This document shows, in pieces, positions 1-11,607 of a DNA stretch of 64,000 nucleotides. Under the pieces are notes generated by a model that had not been told where the DNA came from, did no database searches, and saw only the letters and a program-made list of their open reading frames with translations. This DNA is from Podarcis cretensis (taxonomy: Eukaryota): the NCBI GenBank assembly GCA_951804945.1, contig OX638149.1, forward strand, positions 95,356,001 to 95,420,000, written 5' to 3'. Numbering within the stretch: position 1 is the stretch's first letter; every line of letters starts with the position of its first letter. A program made the position numbers and the translations under genes.

Positions 1-109
1 TCATATAACTTTAGCAGATGCGTAGGAGCTGCAGTTCTAGCAGGTGCAGCTTTTCCCCACTTCTGCCATGACCAGCTGCACCTGCTAAAATTCTTCTGTA
101 TAGCTGCTA

Positions 110-460
110 TATTTATTTAAAACTTTTCATACCATTCTTCACTCATAAAAATTTCAGGGCATTGCACCATCAAGATAGACATAAAATGCAACAATAAAAC
201 CAGAGCAGAGAGAGGCTACATTCTTAAAACATGCACAAGATTAAATGCCAGGCTGAACAATAATATTTCAACCTGGTGCCATCAATGTAGGCACCACACT
301 AAGTCTCTATAACAAGAGTACTCCATAGAGGGCATGCCAATACCAAAAAAGGTCCTTAATCACACACAGGTTGCAGTGAGAATTGGTCTCCTTCAGGTTT
401 GGGGATCTTAAGCTGTGTAGGGCTTTAAAAGTAAATACCAGCATATTTAATATGGTGAAT
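110..460 (-). mobile_element. Degenerate L2-like LINE 3' fragment
   Basis: The minus strand of about 417-450 reads MLVFTFKAL, resembling the L2 ORF2 C-terminal motif also seen at 50011; AT-rich tail-like sequence near 110-125. Confidence 0.45.
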
Positions 461-1410
461 AGATTGCCACACACAAATATAGACATCTGGCCATACTACC
501 CAGAACTCTGGCAGCTATATTCTGCATCTATACCAATTGAAGCTTCCAAGTTGTCTTCAAGGGCACATGTAATGCAAGTCAGATGTTTCCAAAGCAGGAA
601 TCATCTTGACCAGACTGTTTAAGGTATATGAGCCTGGTTCTCCTTTGCAATCTGAGCAGCATAACAGGAAAAAGAGTGTTGAGCCATATATTGCAATTTA
701 AAATTCCTTGAATAGTTTCTACTTGCAGTCCGGCATGTTTCAATCACATATTGGTCTTTACCAGGAAACTACATTTCTAAAAATATTCCACAGGGGTGCA
801 GGTGTGGAGAAACCCTTATTAATTGGAAACGAATGCATTCTTAAAATTCTTCACTGATATTCTGTATTACATATAATTTGTAATATTGGGTCACATTTCT
901 AATATAATATCTAGAACAATATTTTAGAAACTCAAAGAGAATTTAATATTTCAAAATACATCTTTGCAAGTGACATAAACAATTGAAAGTTGCATAAGCA
1001 GTTATCCCTATGGCCCACCATTCCCAATCTGCTCAGGAGGCTTGAAACTCCCAGAACAGCCAGATGGAACAATAATTTAGCATTCTACTGACTTCCACCC
1101 TATGTGTTTAGTAGTAGATCTATTTCTTTAAAATTCTAACTTTAAAATGTTACTTCTCAAAATATATATTATGCAGAACACTTTTTTTCTTTGCATTCTC
1201 TTGTGTCTGTCTTAAAAACATACTAACATCAAAACACTGTAGTATAAAGAGAGCTCTAGCTACAAGCTCTTGTGGTAGCACATTTCTCAAACCTGTCTGG
1301 ACAGTTAATAGTTCTATAGGTGCACACTATCTGTTGTGCAGATTGAAGCCAACACAGAGATTCAAGTTTTCATTTAGTATTTCCTTTGTTTAGTCTTTTT
1401 TTGACACATA

Positions 1411-1626
1411 CAGTGGTACCTCAGGTTACATACGCTTCAGGTTACAGACTCTGCTAACCCAGAAATAGTGCTTCAGGTTAAGAACTTTGCTTCAGGATGA
1501 GAACAGAAATCGTGCTCCAGCAGTGCGGTGGCAGCATTAGCTAAAGTGGTGCTTCAGGTTCGGAACAGTTTCAGGTTAAGAACGGACCTCCGGAACGAAT
1601 TAAGTACTTAACCTGAGGTACCACTG
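1411..1626. mobile_element. Tc1/mariner (Tigger/pogo-like) MITE, copy a
   Basis: TA|CAGTGGTACCTCAGGTTA ... TAACCTGAGGTACCACTG|TA; 18-bp TIR, TA target duplication, internal TTCAGGTTAAGAAC repeats. Confidence 0.9.
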
Positions 1627-2075
1627 TATAACATATGATTTTGAGCTGTGTTATAAATAATATTTGTGATTAAACAGCAATATATGGCTTTTTAACATCT
1701 CAGATTACTTGTAATACTTTTGAGTAAAGAAATATTATAATGACAAATATTAATATTTAGCTTTAGCAGTTTGTGGGATTTTCATGGAATTTGTCTAAAT
1801 CGTGGCAAAACTGGTTTGTGGATCTCAACCCAAAACTCTTTGGGCAGGAAGGAGAAAGATCCATCAAAACTGCTTTGCAATTAAAAAAAAAAACTGCTTT
1901 GCAATTTAAATGACAATGGAGAGAAGTCTGGTTTAAGTGCAGCACTTATTTTTGTGTGAATGCAGGACAATAATAGTCACAATAATTATGTACAACTAAA
2001 TACACCTTAAACACTCTTGCAGTTCCCAGGACAATTTTCTTTTTTCATTTGTGTTTGATATAAAAGCCCTTAACT

Positions 2076-2192
2076 CAGGGGTAACCAATGGAGTGTCCTT
2101 CTGATGTTGCTGAACTGCAGCTCCCTGACCATTGGCTGGGGCTAATGGCACTCAACCACATTCTGAGGGTACCATCTGCTTGACTACCCATG
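2076..2192. mobile_element. Degenerate hAT-like palindromic MITE (family also at 4303, 6501, 41830, 50084, 59860, 62545, 63060)
   Basis: CAGGGGT... start and ...ACCCATG end; shares the gatgttgctg / accattggc / ctggggct core with the other copies. Confidence 0.55.
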
Positions 2193-3341
2193 ATCTGCTC
2201 TACTGATCAGTCAGTTTACTTTCTTTCTTTTTTTTAAGTAATATTTTTCTCTTGGTGCCTGTTTGACATGCTAAAAATTAAACACATCTACCACCTTGTT
2301 CTAGCTAAGGTTTGATACAACTCTTTTGATCAGGAATTGCATTATTGCATCCTTCCCTTCCACAATCACTACAGGGCAGGCAGGGTGATCCACTTTTATC
2401 TGCTTGCGGATTATCCTACAAAAGAATGGAAAAGTTTGCTGTGGCAGCAGGGTGATCTCCCACATCCACCACTCAGAAGGGTGCCTACAGTGCCTGTTAT
2501 GTTGTGTACATACCGTCAAACGAGTAATTTGATCTATCAGCAGTGATAAGACCAATAAGCATTTGGTGCCTGGACCGAGTCTGGCCACTCACACCTCAAA
2601 TCAATAGGCAATCAGTATTGTAAGGACGGTGCGGGAGGGGGCTTTGAGTGCAGCCGTAAGTGGGATACCTTATGCTGTGCTCTAATGTTTCTTTGGATTT
2701 GGGCCAAGGAGCACAAAAAAACAGAAACAAAGGAAATGCCGTTTGGATTTTTAAGGTGGGTGCTTAAATTTAAAATTATGTACTTGCACACATCAGATTG
2801 CATTTATGTTTAAGCTGACTGAAGTATATGGATCATGTACATTTTTAAAGGATTGACATTTGATAGGCTGAATGGTCAAACACCTGAAAGTCTTTTTAAA
2901 AAGCACAACAAATCCAAGGAGATTGAACTCTTGGCTCCACCTGACGTTTTATTTCAAACTGAGTTCATTGGGAGGATATAGATTTCAGCACTAGAACAGA
3001 ATGTTAAGAGTCTGGTGAATGCTCTCCATGTATAGTATTGTTGTGGATGTTTTAAGGGCCTTGCAAAATGGGGGGTGGGAGTGGGCTGGTATAGCAGAGG
3101 TAGCTCCTCATACTGCTGCTTCCATTAAAACCTTTGATTTCCCCCCCCCTGAATGATTTCAAGATTACTACACCTTTTTTCTTCTTTTCCTGCTTGCCAC
3201 TTAGTGCCTCTTTGTTTGGAAAGCATGTTAGTTGCACAGTGCACATTGCTACCTTGCGCTCACCTGCTTCTGCTGATCTTGTGCCTCTTAATCTCTCTCC
3301 CCATTGTAATTTTGTTCTCTTTCCTCCATGCTGCCAAAAAG

Positions 3342-3401
3342 GAGACAAACAGTTCAGAGGAGTCAGAATGTGATGACCTTGATCCCAACACTAGCATGGA
3401 G
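3342..3401 (+). CDS. KALRN: Kalirin coding exon, 60 nt, phase 0-0 (ETNSSEESECDDLDPNTSME); the gene begins upstream of the window
   Basis: AG at 3340-3341, GT at 3402. The peptide matches the recalled kalirin linker between the second SH3 and the Ig domain. Confidence 0.93.
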
Positions 3402-3654
3402 GTAGACAATAACCCTTTTGCACCTTCCCCTTCCCCCCACCTTGCACCTTTTTCTATCCCACCCCCCTGAGAAATTTTGCATGTGTAGTGGAATGCACTT
3501 GGGGCTGACTGATAGGCAGAATGCCATCTCAGATAGCAGATCTAGGGCGGTGTTAAAGGGCAACAAACTATCACTGATCTAATTTGTTAAAAACCTTTTA
3601 ACTGCCCTTTATATTCTGCACGTGAGGTGTCAGATTGGCTTGGGCTAATCCTTA

Positions 3655-4024
3655 AAAGGTAAAGGTAAAGGTAAAGGTACCCCTGCCCGTACGGGCCAGT
3701 CTTGACAGACTCTGGGGTTGTGCGCCCATCTCACTTAAGAGGCCAGGGGCCAGCGCTGTCCGGAGACACTTCCGGGTCACGTGGCCAGCGTGACATCGCT
3801 GCTCTGGCAAGCCAGAGCCGCACACGGAAACGCCGTTTACCTTCCCGCTGGTAAGCGGTCCCTATTTATCTACTTGCACCCGGAGGTGCTTTCGAACTGC
3901 TAGGTTGGCAGGCGCTGGGACCGAGCAGCGGGAGCGCACCCTGCCGCAGGGATTCGAACCGCCGACCTTTCGATCGGCAAGCCCTAGGCGCTGAGGCTTT
4001 AACCCACAGCGCCACCTGCGTCCC
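3655..4024 (-). mobile_element. Full-length young Sauria-type SINE (tRNA-derived head, Bov-B-like 3' end)
   Basis: On -: GGGACGCAGGTGGCGCTGTGGG (A box), GGTTCGAATCC (B box) and an (ACCTTT)4 tail. 15-bp TSD TTGGGCTAATCCTTA at 3640-3654 and 4027-4041. Confidence 0.93.
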
Positions 4025-4302
4025 TTTTGGGCTAATCCTTACTTTACTGTAAATGTGTATCTTGTATGCACCAGTGTGTTTTGGACTGCCTACAATGCTG
4101 GTTTTCCATTCCCTGGAGAAAAGTGTACAAAAAACTCACACCTACCATTGGCGATCACTTGAATATGCCCTTAATCATTACCGATGAGAAATGGTCCTGT
4201 TTTGACCGATATTAGCAACTGTCCATGGTCAGCTGCTGTCCATTGGTACTACTGAAGTGCATTTACCAGTAAGATCTGGGCAGTTTCAGATTCCATTTAG
4301 TA

Positions 4303-4437
4303 CAAGGTGGGGAACCTGTGGTCCTCCCACTGTTAGACCCCCAACTCCCATCAGCTCCAGCCAGCATGGCTAATGGTCAGGGATGATGGAAGCTGTAGTC
4401 TGACAAGAGTTGAAGAACCATTGGTGCCCCATCCCTG
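4303..4437. mobile_element. hAT-like palindromic MITE
   Basis: CAAGGTGGGGAACC ... GTGCCCCATCCCTG imperfect TIRs; core aactcccatcagc...cagggatgatgg. Confidence 0.7.
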
Positions 4438-4494
4438 GTTGCAGTGAAACTTGCCTTGCAGACTTCAGCTGTAAGGCAAACTTGATACAACAAT

Positions 4495-4530
4495 AAAAAA
4501 TTGTCCGGTAGCACCTTAGAGACCAACTAA
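4495..4530. mobile_element. Short remnant of the Penelope-like family seen at 60920
   Basis: tccggtagcaccttagagaccaactaa versus tccagtagcaccttaaagaccaactaa at 60948-60974. Confidence 0.7.
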
Positions 4531-5036
4531 TACAACAAGGCAGTGAATTCCTACCTCCCAACTTCCTTCTTTTATTTGCTTTTGGCTAAACAGTGCTATG
4601 TTGATACCACTGTACTTGCTGTGCCTTTGTAATTATAGTTTATTTTAAAAGACTTTTAATAGAATATCCATTGTTGGCCTCACTGCTTTGTTTACATGAA
4701 CGCAAAACCTAGGGACAAAGGAAGAGGAAGCCCAGAAGAAAATGAGATACAGCAATATTTTTGTATGGAAGGAGTCAGGGAAAAGGTCTCATATTCTAAA
4801 AGGCCAGCACCACTGGGCCTTACACAGGCTCATTTCATGTGCTCCCCCATATATTATGTTATTGTCATGAAAAAGGAGCATATCCCTCTCTCCTCGTGAC
4901 AGTTATGAAACATTTGTCCCTCTGCGAAGGCGGCCTTCTGCCATCTGCCTTGCCCTAGCAACAGTACTCTGCCAACTTGCAAAATGTTACAATGCTGTTT
5001 TGAACTCGCAAACAAGTTGGCTACTTATACATCGAC

Positions 5037-5107
5037 AGAATCATAGAATCATAGAGTTGGAAGAGACCACAAGGGCCATCGAGTCCAACCCCCTGCCAAG
5101 CAGGAAG
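5037..5107 (-). mobile_element. CR1 LINE 3' terminus
   Basis: agaatcatagaatcatagagttggaa...gtccaacccc, i.e. an (ATTCTATG)n tail plus the CR1 3' end on -. Confidence 0.8.
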
Positions 5108-5968
5108 AATAAGAAGACACAGATGTATGTGCTAATTTATGTATGTGCTAATTTCTATGTATCTATGCAAATATAGGGCAGTATAGAAATTTAATAATAA
5201 AAATAAAGACAATTACTGTGATTTAAATAGAAATATGATGCATCTCTACATAGTGTGAAAGACTATATAGTGTGATATATATGCCTTCTCAATTTCTGGT
5301 CCAGATACTCACTGTTGATGGACAACTTCATGGGCCCTGATGTCCTCACTTGGGGCTCTTTATCTTTAAACTGGACTTCAAATAGAGGACTGTCCTCATT
5401 AAAGTAGGACACATTGCCACCCAGCTCCCAAAGTAGACTTGCAGTATCCCAGTGCTTCAGTTTGTTCTGTAATACTCCATTCATCTGGTTGACCATGTCG
5501 TGTCCAGTAAAGCTGCCTAATACTTACAGTATCCAGCCATCTTCCAAGCAGCTGGCTTGGACCACTCACAGTTCCACAGTCTCCCTGCTTTGACTGATTA
5601 GTAAAAGTCTTCATCCATCTTTGTTTGTTCTTCCTCACTTCCTTCTCTTGAAAGGTGTATATATAGCAAAGGCAGGGGAGTGCACACACTTGCCGCTGTC
5701 TGCCTGCTAGTCATTAGACTCCAAAGCAGAATATTGAGGCTCTTCAGTCTTTGGGTAGGTTAAGAACAAAATGGCTACTATATACCTCTTCCCTTCTCTG
5801 AGCTTGTCCTTAATAGGTGCCCTCTGCTTTTCTTAACACAACCAACCAGCTAGATTTCACGGTAAAAAAAATAAAAATGCAGCTGCTCTTGGCTCTGAAT
5901 GGTGCTGTCAAGAGCAGAGAGCAGGTAAGGGGGGACATTTGACAGGAAACTGGCTTAGAGGTCTCTAT

Positions 5969-7514
5969 AGGTTGCTTTTTCTCCAAGTAAGAGTGGTAAT
6001 GTTTTTCAGAAGTGTAACATAAAGTATAGTTTGACCATCACGTTGGGCCTACACATGCAGTAGGATAATGTGGCAGTGTGTGTATTAGGCCCTTACAGGT
6101 GTGGAGGGAAGGATACCATTTCCAAATACTTCCCCAGGTTAAAACACAAACCATCCCTGGGAATAAAATGTTAACACATCTAAGAGAGAAAATCCAGCCT
6201 AGCTCTTTTTTTAACTGCCTCTGTTTCTATTTTGCGAAATCTCTGGACAAATGGAATGTGTGTATTAAATGCACCTTTATAGCACTTCTAACAGTTACGG
6301 CTCCCCCCCCAAAAAATAAAAAAATTGCTGGGAACTATAGTTTACCCACCACATGGCTACACTCCCCAGCACCCTTAACAAACTACAGACCCCAAGATTC
6401 TTTGGGACAAGTTGTGTGTTTTAAATGTACAACCAGACTGTACTATGCGACAATCAGAAAGCCTTGATTACAAGGTCCCTTCAGCCTGCATTGTTTATGC
6501 CTGGGTGGAGAATCTATGCCCTTCGGGAAGTTGTTGCACTCTGACTCCCAACAGCCCCAGCCAGCATGGCCAGTCATCAGGGATGATGGGAATTTGGAAG
6601 TCCAGCAGCATTTAGATAGCCACGTTTCCCATTCTTGATTTATGTCTTCTGGTTTTTCACAAAGGACAATAATGTTACAACAAAGGTAGCTTATAATTAT
6701 TTCAGTTTGTTTCACAAGCCCATTTGGAAGTGCAATTCAGATTGGAAAGATGTATGCCAGTTAGGATAGCCAGCCACCCTCCCCCAACCCAAAGAAATGC
6801 CCCAAACTTTTAATGGCTAGATGACAGGTAATACAGTAACTGCTATATTCTCCATGAGCAGAACTCAGGCTGGCAAAAGGCAAAACAAGAAGAGATGGAT
6901 TCTGAACAGGCTTATTAATGTGCAACTGAGCCACGTCCAAATGAAGTAGGCAATTTGCCCTGGCTACTTGCTCTGAAGGTGCATTGTTAAAACTTTAAAT
7001 AATGTGGATCCCTTTTTTGCCAGTCCTGCTTTCTGCATATTTAGGGTGCAGCTGCACTTTACAATTGTTGCAAGAAATGTGAATGTTAGGGGAAAGTAGT
7101 AAACATTTAAAATTCATAATTTTAAAACTGAAACTTTGAGTTTTACAATTTGTCAAATTTCACCTTTGAAATTTGACTTTGAGAGTAAACTATGATTCTT
7201 GCTGGTGAATTTTAAGACTCAAAATGCCAGCTCTATTTCCTACAGCAATTATAATGTGTATTACTGCCTATTAATAAAAAAAACCCTCCCATCTCAGCCT
7301 TATGCGAAATAGTGATATTCTTTGTTTTAAATATCCATTTGTGTTTGAGTGGTTGCAAAGCAGTTCATCGTTAATCCATGAATCTTGGCGCAAAGCTGCT
7401 CTCTGCTGCTGAAGCAAAGTATTGCTTACAGAGGCTGCTTTTTCTCCAAGAAAGAGTGGTAATGTTTTTCATAAGTGTAACATAAAGTGTAGTTTGACCA
7501 TCACATTGGGCCTA
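5969..7514 (+). repeat. Dispersed direct duplication, 83 bp (5969-6051 and 7432-7514)
   Basis: Manual alignment is ungapped with 5 mismatches; offset 1463 bp. Confidence 0.9.
6501..6637. mobile_element. hAT-like palindromic MITE
   Basis: Same core as 4303; degenerate 8-bp flanks gtttatgc / atttatgt. Confidence 0.65.
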
Positions 7515-8730
7515 AATGTATATAGTAGGAATGCTCTATAGTAGGAACTGAATGAATTTCAGAATATTTGCTAAAAATAACTAAATTTGCTTCAGTGTGT
7601 GAACACACAAATTCTAATTTTATTATGTCCCAACATTACTATTTGCAGATATTATTAGATTAAAATGATTTTTAAAAAAGCTAAAACATTTGATTTGACA
7701 GGTTAATAATCCAGTCTCAGATTTCACTTCTCAAGACTAACAACAGTTTTCTAAAGTCATCCTTCAAAACTGAGGTTCAAATTTCACTTGAAACCCTTTG
7801 TAACTGAAAGCTTCAAATTTTAATGTTGTGCACATTTAGAGCTTTGTCTGTGGTTTTAGTGTGCCAGTGCTTGTTAGTGATGATTCCCCACCCCACCCCC
7901 AATTTCCGGCCACACGCTGCTTCTGACTACAGTATTCCGTGTATGTCCAGGAAATTCTGGATGTATGGCAAACCTAGTTGTGTCTACATCAGAATGATGT
8001 GCTGCAGAAGGCCTCACTGTGCAGTTTGTTACCAGAAGGCAGAGGCAGTGACCCACCAACAGATGGGCCTGAGGGCAATGTGGTATGGGTCAAAGAGTCT
8101 AGAAGTGGGCAATGCCCACTTCTGGCTTGTTCTACTCACTGCCAGCCTTTGACAAATTACCTTTGAGAGACAAAAGAACCACACTGGCTCTTCAGATCAC
8201 CAGATACTGGAGGCATAGAACAGCAGGTGACCCTTGTCTTAATACCCTGATTCTTATCTAGATGTTCAAAAGTTGGCTGCTTTTGAGAGCGGTATACTGA
8301 ACTGTATGGTTCTTTGACCCCAGCACAGCAATCTTCATGCATCTCAGGACTGTCCAGAACTAGCTATGACATGAACTTTGTGGTTTCCTCCAAGTCATGT
8401 TGATTGCTGAAGAATGGGCCTAGGAAACAGTGGTTGTTGCACATTATGACAAGGACATAGGACCTTGGGGATTAGGGGCACTGACTCACATTTGGTCCCA
8501 AAAAACCTTTCCATGCTGTGCGCTGCAGCACCTTGCACTTCTAGACTCTGGAAGTCACAAGTGCTGGAATAGCACACCCAGGATCCTGAATCAGAACCTT
8601 CCAGACGTGCTTCTAGTTCCTCAGCAAGCTTTATGTCAAATCTCTAATACTTTGCTGAGAATAAGCCCTCTTCTCATTGCCCGTTAAAAAAGACTTTTCT
8701 ATTTCTTTTATGTATCTGTTCTTTTTCCAG

Positions 8731-8758
8731 ATCATCAACCCAAACTTCATCCAGGAAG
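8731..8758 (+). CDS. KALRN: Kalirin 28-nt micro-exon (IINPNFIQE + 1 nt)
   Basis: ttctttttccag|ATCATCAACCCAAACTTCATCCAGGAAG|gtgagt. It matches kalirin ILNPNFIQE and is required for frame with the next exon. Not in the ORF track. Confidence 0.92.
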
Positions 8759-9586
8759 GTGAGTAAGGACAGAAATGTGGCAGGTTGTTCCCATGATCTA
8801 GCAAACCAAACATTGGGTTTAATCATCTTTGCCCAAACAAGTCCTGTGAAATCTTATCTAAGTAATTAGTCAAGAAAGAATGATGCCAAGCAAGTACCAC
8901 TCACAGTCCCAAGGAATCTATTGCATGGTGAACCAGCCAGTTTGAACCCACATTCAAATTTTGTCTGGTAAATATGTGTGTGAGAGGGAGAGACATTCAG
9001 TATTCAATCATACTTCAGTGTTGTGTTACTTGGATTAATATTTGGTTTCATATTGCATCTGTTCACAAAAAATGAACATATTTAATTTATTTGAATGCGG
9101 TTTACTTGCTTTCCTTTGGTTTATTCAAATTTAAATAGATTTTGGTGTATTTTTAATGCGATAAACATGATTTTAGTTATTCATCCATCTTTGTGTTCTG
9201 GAGACTCCCGTTTTGGTTTTGAAAGGCATGATATTGGTAACCCTAGTTCTAGAACTTCCTGCAGAATTCCTTGCAATCCTCTGGAATTTCATGGGAGACC
9301 ACGGGATATAGGGTTTCCTCATGGAGACTTTCCAGGTGTGAATTTGTGTGTGAGAGTGCTGAGATTTTCATGTTCCTGAGTTTCACCTGATAACAGATGC
9401 TGCTTTTATTGCTTGATGCTTGGTCTTACAGGAGGTGTTGGGCAAGGTCTTTATAACAGCCCTTTATAAATAACCCTCAATACAACAGAGGCATCACTGA
9501 GGCACATTTTGTATTTTCAACATCCTGTGGTTAGTTTTATGTTTTCAGTGAACATTATGTCTCTATACATGTGGCCTTTGCTGCAG

Positions 9587-9758
9587 TTGCTCCAGAGTTT
9601 CTCGTGCCCTTAGTGGACATCACCTGCTTGCTTGGTGACACGGTAATGTTGCAGTGCAAAGTCTGTGGGCGACCAAAGCCAACCATAACCTGGAAAGGAC
9701 CAGATCAGAACATCCTTGACAACGACAACAGCACAGCTGCATATGCAGTTTCCTCCTG
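9587..9758 (+). CDS. KALRN: Kalirin Ig-like domain, first exon (VAPEFLVPLVDITCLLGDTVMLQCKVCGRPKPTITWKGPDQ...)
   Basis: cag|TTGCT ... TCCTG|gtacgt; I-set Ig C...W motif; phases fit both neighbours. Confidence 0.96.
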
Positions 9759-10019
9759 GTACGTTCATATTTTGCAGAGGGCGTTGGGATGTCACAAATG
9801 TAGCAGTTGCACTCCTAGAAAATGTGGTGCATTAAAAGTGTTTGAATCCAGCTAATGACCCTATATGCCAAACTATGTTAGGAGAGCCAGTTTAGGACAC
9901 TGAAATTTGAAAAAAATAAATAAATGTAGGCATATGGTTGGCAAGTGTGGGAACAGGCTGCTGAACTAAATGGGTATTTGATCTGATGAAGCAAGACTGT
10001 TTCTTATCATTCCTCCTCA

Positions 10020-10217
10020 AAGGGGGAATTGGACAAATTAATGGAGGATAAGGCTGTCAAGGTACTAGCCACTAGCTCTGCCTCCATGGTTGCTGGGGAC
10101 CACAGAAGGGGAGAGTGTTATTGTGCTAGGCTCCTGATTGCCAGTTTCCTACAGCCATCAAGTTGGCTGCTATGAGAATAGGATGCTGAGCTAGGTGGGC
10201 CACTGGCCTGATCCAGT
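10020..10217 (+). mobile_element. CR1-like LINE 3' fragment
   Basis: ttggacaaattaatggaggataaggct ... aggatgctgagctaggtgggccactggcctgatccag; related ends at about 9950-10005 and 49840-49905. Confidence 0.6.
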
Positions 10218-10251
10218 CCAGATCAAAGCATGGCTTCAGAAGAGGAAGGAG

Positions 10252-10254
<3 letters not shown>

Positions 10255-10284
<30 letters not shown>

Positions 10285-10290
10285 TAATAA
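10255..10290. repeat. (AAT)n microsatellite, probably a retroelement tail
   Basis: Direct reading. Confidence 0.85.
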
Positions 10291-11223
10291 TTTTATTATT
10301 TATACCCTGTCCATCTAGCTGGGTTTCCCCAGCACCACCCTCATCACTTTCAAGGGCGCTGGAGCCATACCTTCTCTAAGGGAGGTTTTAATCATCTCCC
10401 TGATCACAAGGGAGAAAGAGAAAGAACACATGTAGTAAGCCACACCTCTGAAAGAACCTTGGTCCACATCCTCAGGAAACAATGAGGGAAATTCATCAGA
10501 GCAACTGAATGCTTCTGATGATAAGAAATCAAGGACGTAGATGTAGATGTAGGCGCTGTAGCCAAAGGCATGTATATGATGTGAGTACTTTTATCCATGA
10601 AATACATCACAGGGTGCAACCACAGAATTGTTCCGTACTGTTTCCATGTGACATTTTCATGCATCTTAAAGTATGTGGCCGCAAGCATTTTTTAAAAGTG
10701 AAGCAAGGGAAATAGTTCTTGGGTAGCCCTCTCGTCAGGTCAAAAGGAAATATTGATGTTCTCTGTGGGACACCCCTATTGCCTTTATAATGGGTTTTTC
10801 TGGCACTGCAGCAACCTTTCACTGTTTATTCTGACTCCAGGAGAGGCAGGCAGTGCACGTTTAAGTGATAGTATCCGAAGAAGCAGAGGACCACAATAAC
10901 AGCCCACACTGATTTTATTATTATTTTAAAAAACAAACCACTTTCTACCTGGTGCTGAACTGTGCCATTCTTATGGGCCTCTAAATCATTAATCATTAAC
11001 ACAGAGAGCTGGATCCATTACTACTTTCTTCCTCCTCTCCTTGTAAGTCACCTGCATCCACAAAACTGCATAATACGAAGGGCTCTATTTGTCTGCTATC
11101 CACAGAGACTTGTTTTCTGTGTCAGTTGAAATGGATTGGCAGCAGCTTGCCACTGGAAACTGAGCCAGTGTAAAATGCTTAGCAGAGTAACAGATTAAAA
11201 CACTGACATCTGCACCTCTCCAG

Positions 11224-11345
11224 CGATTCAGGTGAAATCACTCTGAAGATCTGTAATGTGATGCCTCAAGACAGCGGTATTTATACCTGTGTGGCAACAA
11301 ATGAGCTTGGAACAGCGTCCACTTCGGCTACAATAAAAGTACAAG
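11224..11345 (+). CDS. KALRN: Kalirin Ig-like domain, second exon (DSGEITLKICNVMPQDSGIYTCVATNELGTASTSATIKVQ)
   Basis: cag|CGAT ... CAAG|gtaatg; DSGxYTC Ig motif. Not in the ORF track. Confidence 0.96.
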
Positions 11346-11562
11346 GTAATGGATTTCTTGCTGGTTTTTTGTATATTTGCTCAGCCAGAGCTTCCATTGG
11401 TTTAAATCATTGTGCAATCAGCTTTTGAAATGTTTGGTTTAATGGTACATGGGCCTGTATACCACTTCAAAATGCAGGTGAGGAATCCACACATGTCAAA
11501 ACTATCCCTGCCTGTGGAAAGCTGACATGATAGGCTTTTGCAGACCAGGTTAGTTGTGTATG

Positions 11563-11607
11563 TGTGTGATACTCAAATGTGTGATACTCAAATGTGTGTG
11601 ATACTCA
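11563..11607. repeat. Short tandem repeat, about 3 x tgtgtgatactcaaa
   Basis: Direct reading. Confidence 0.85.
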
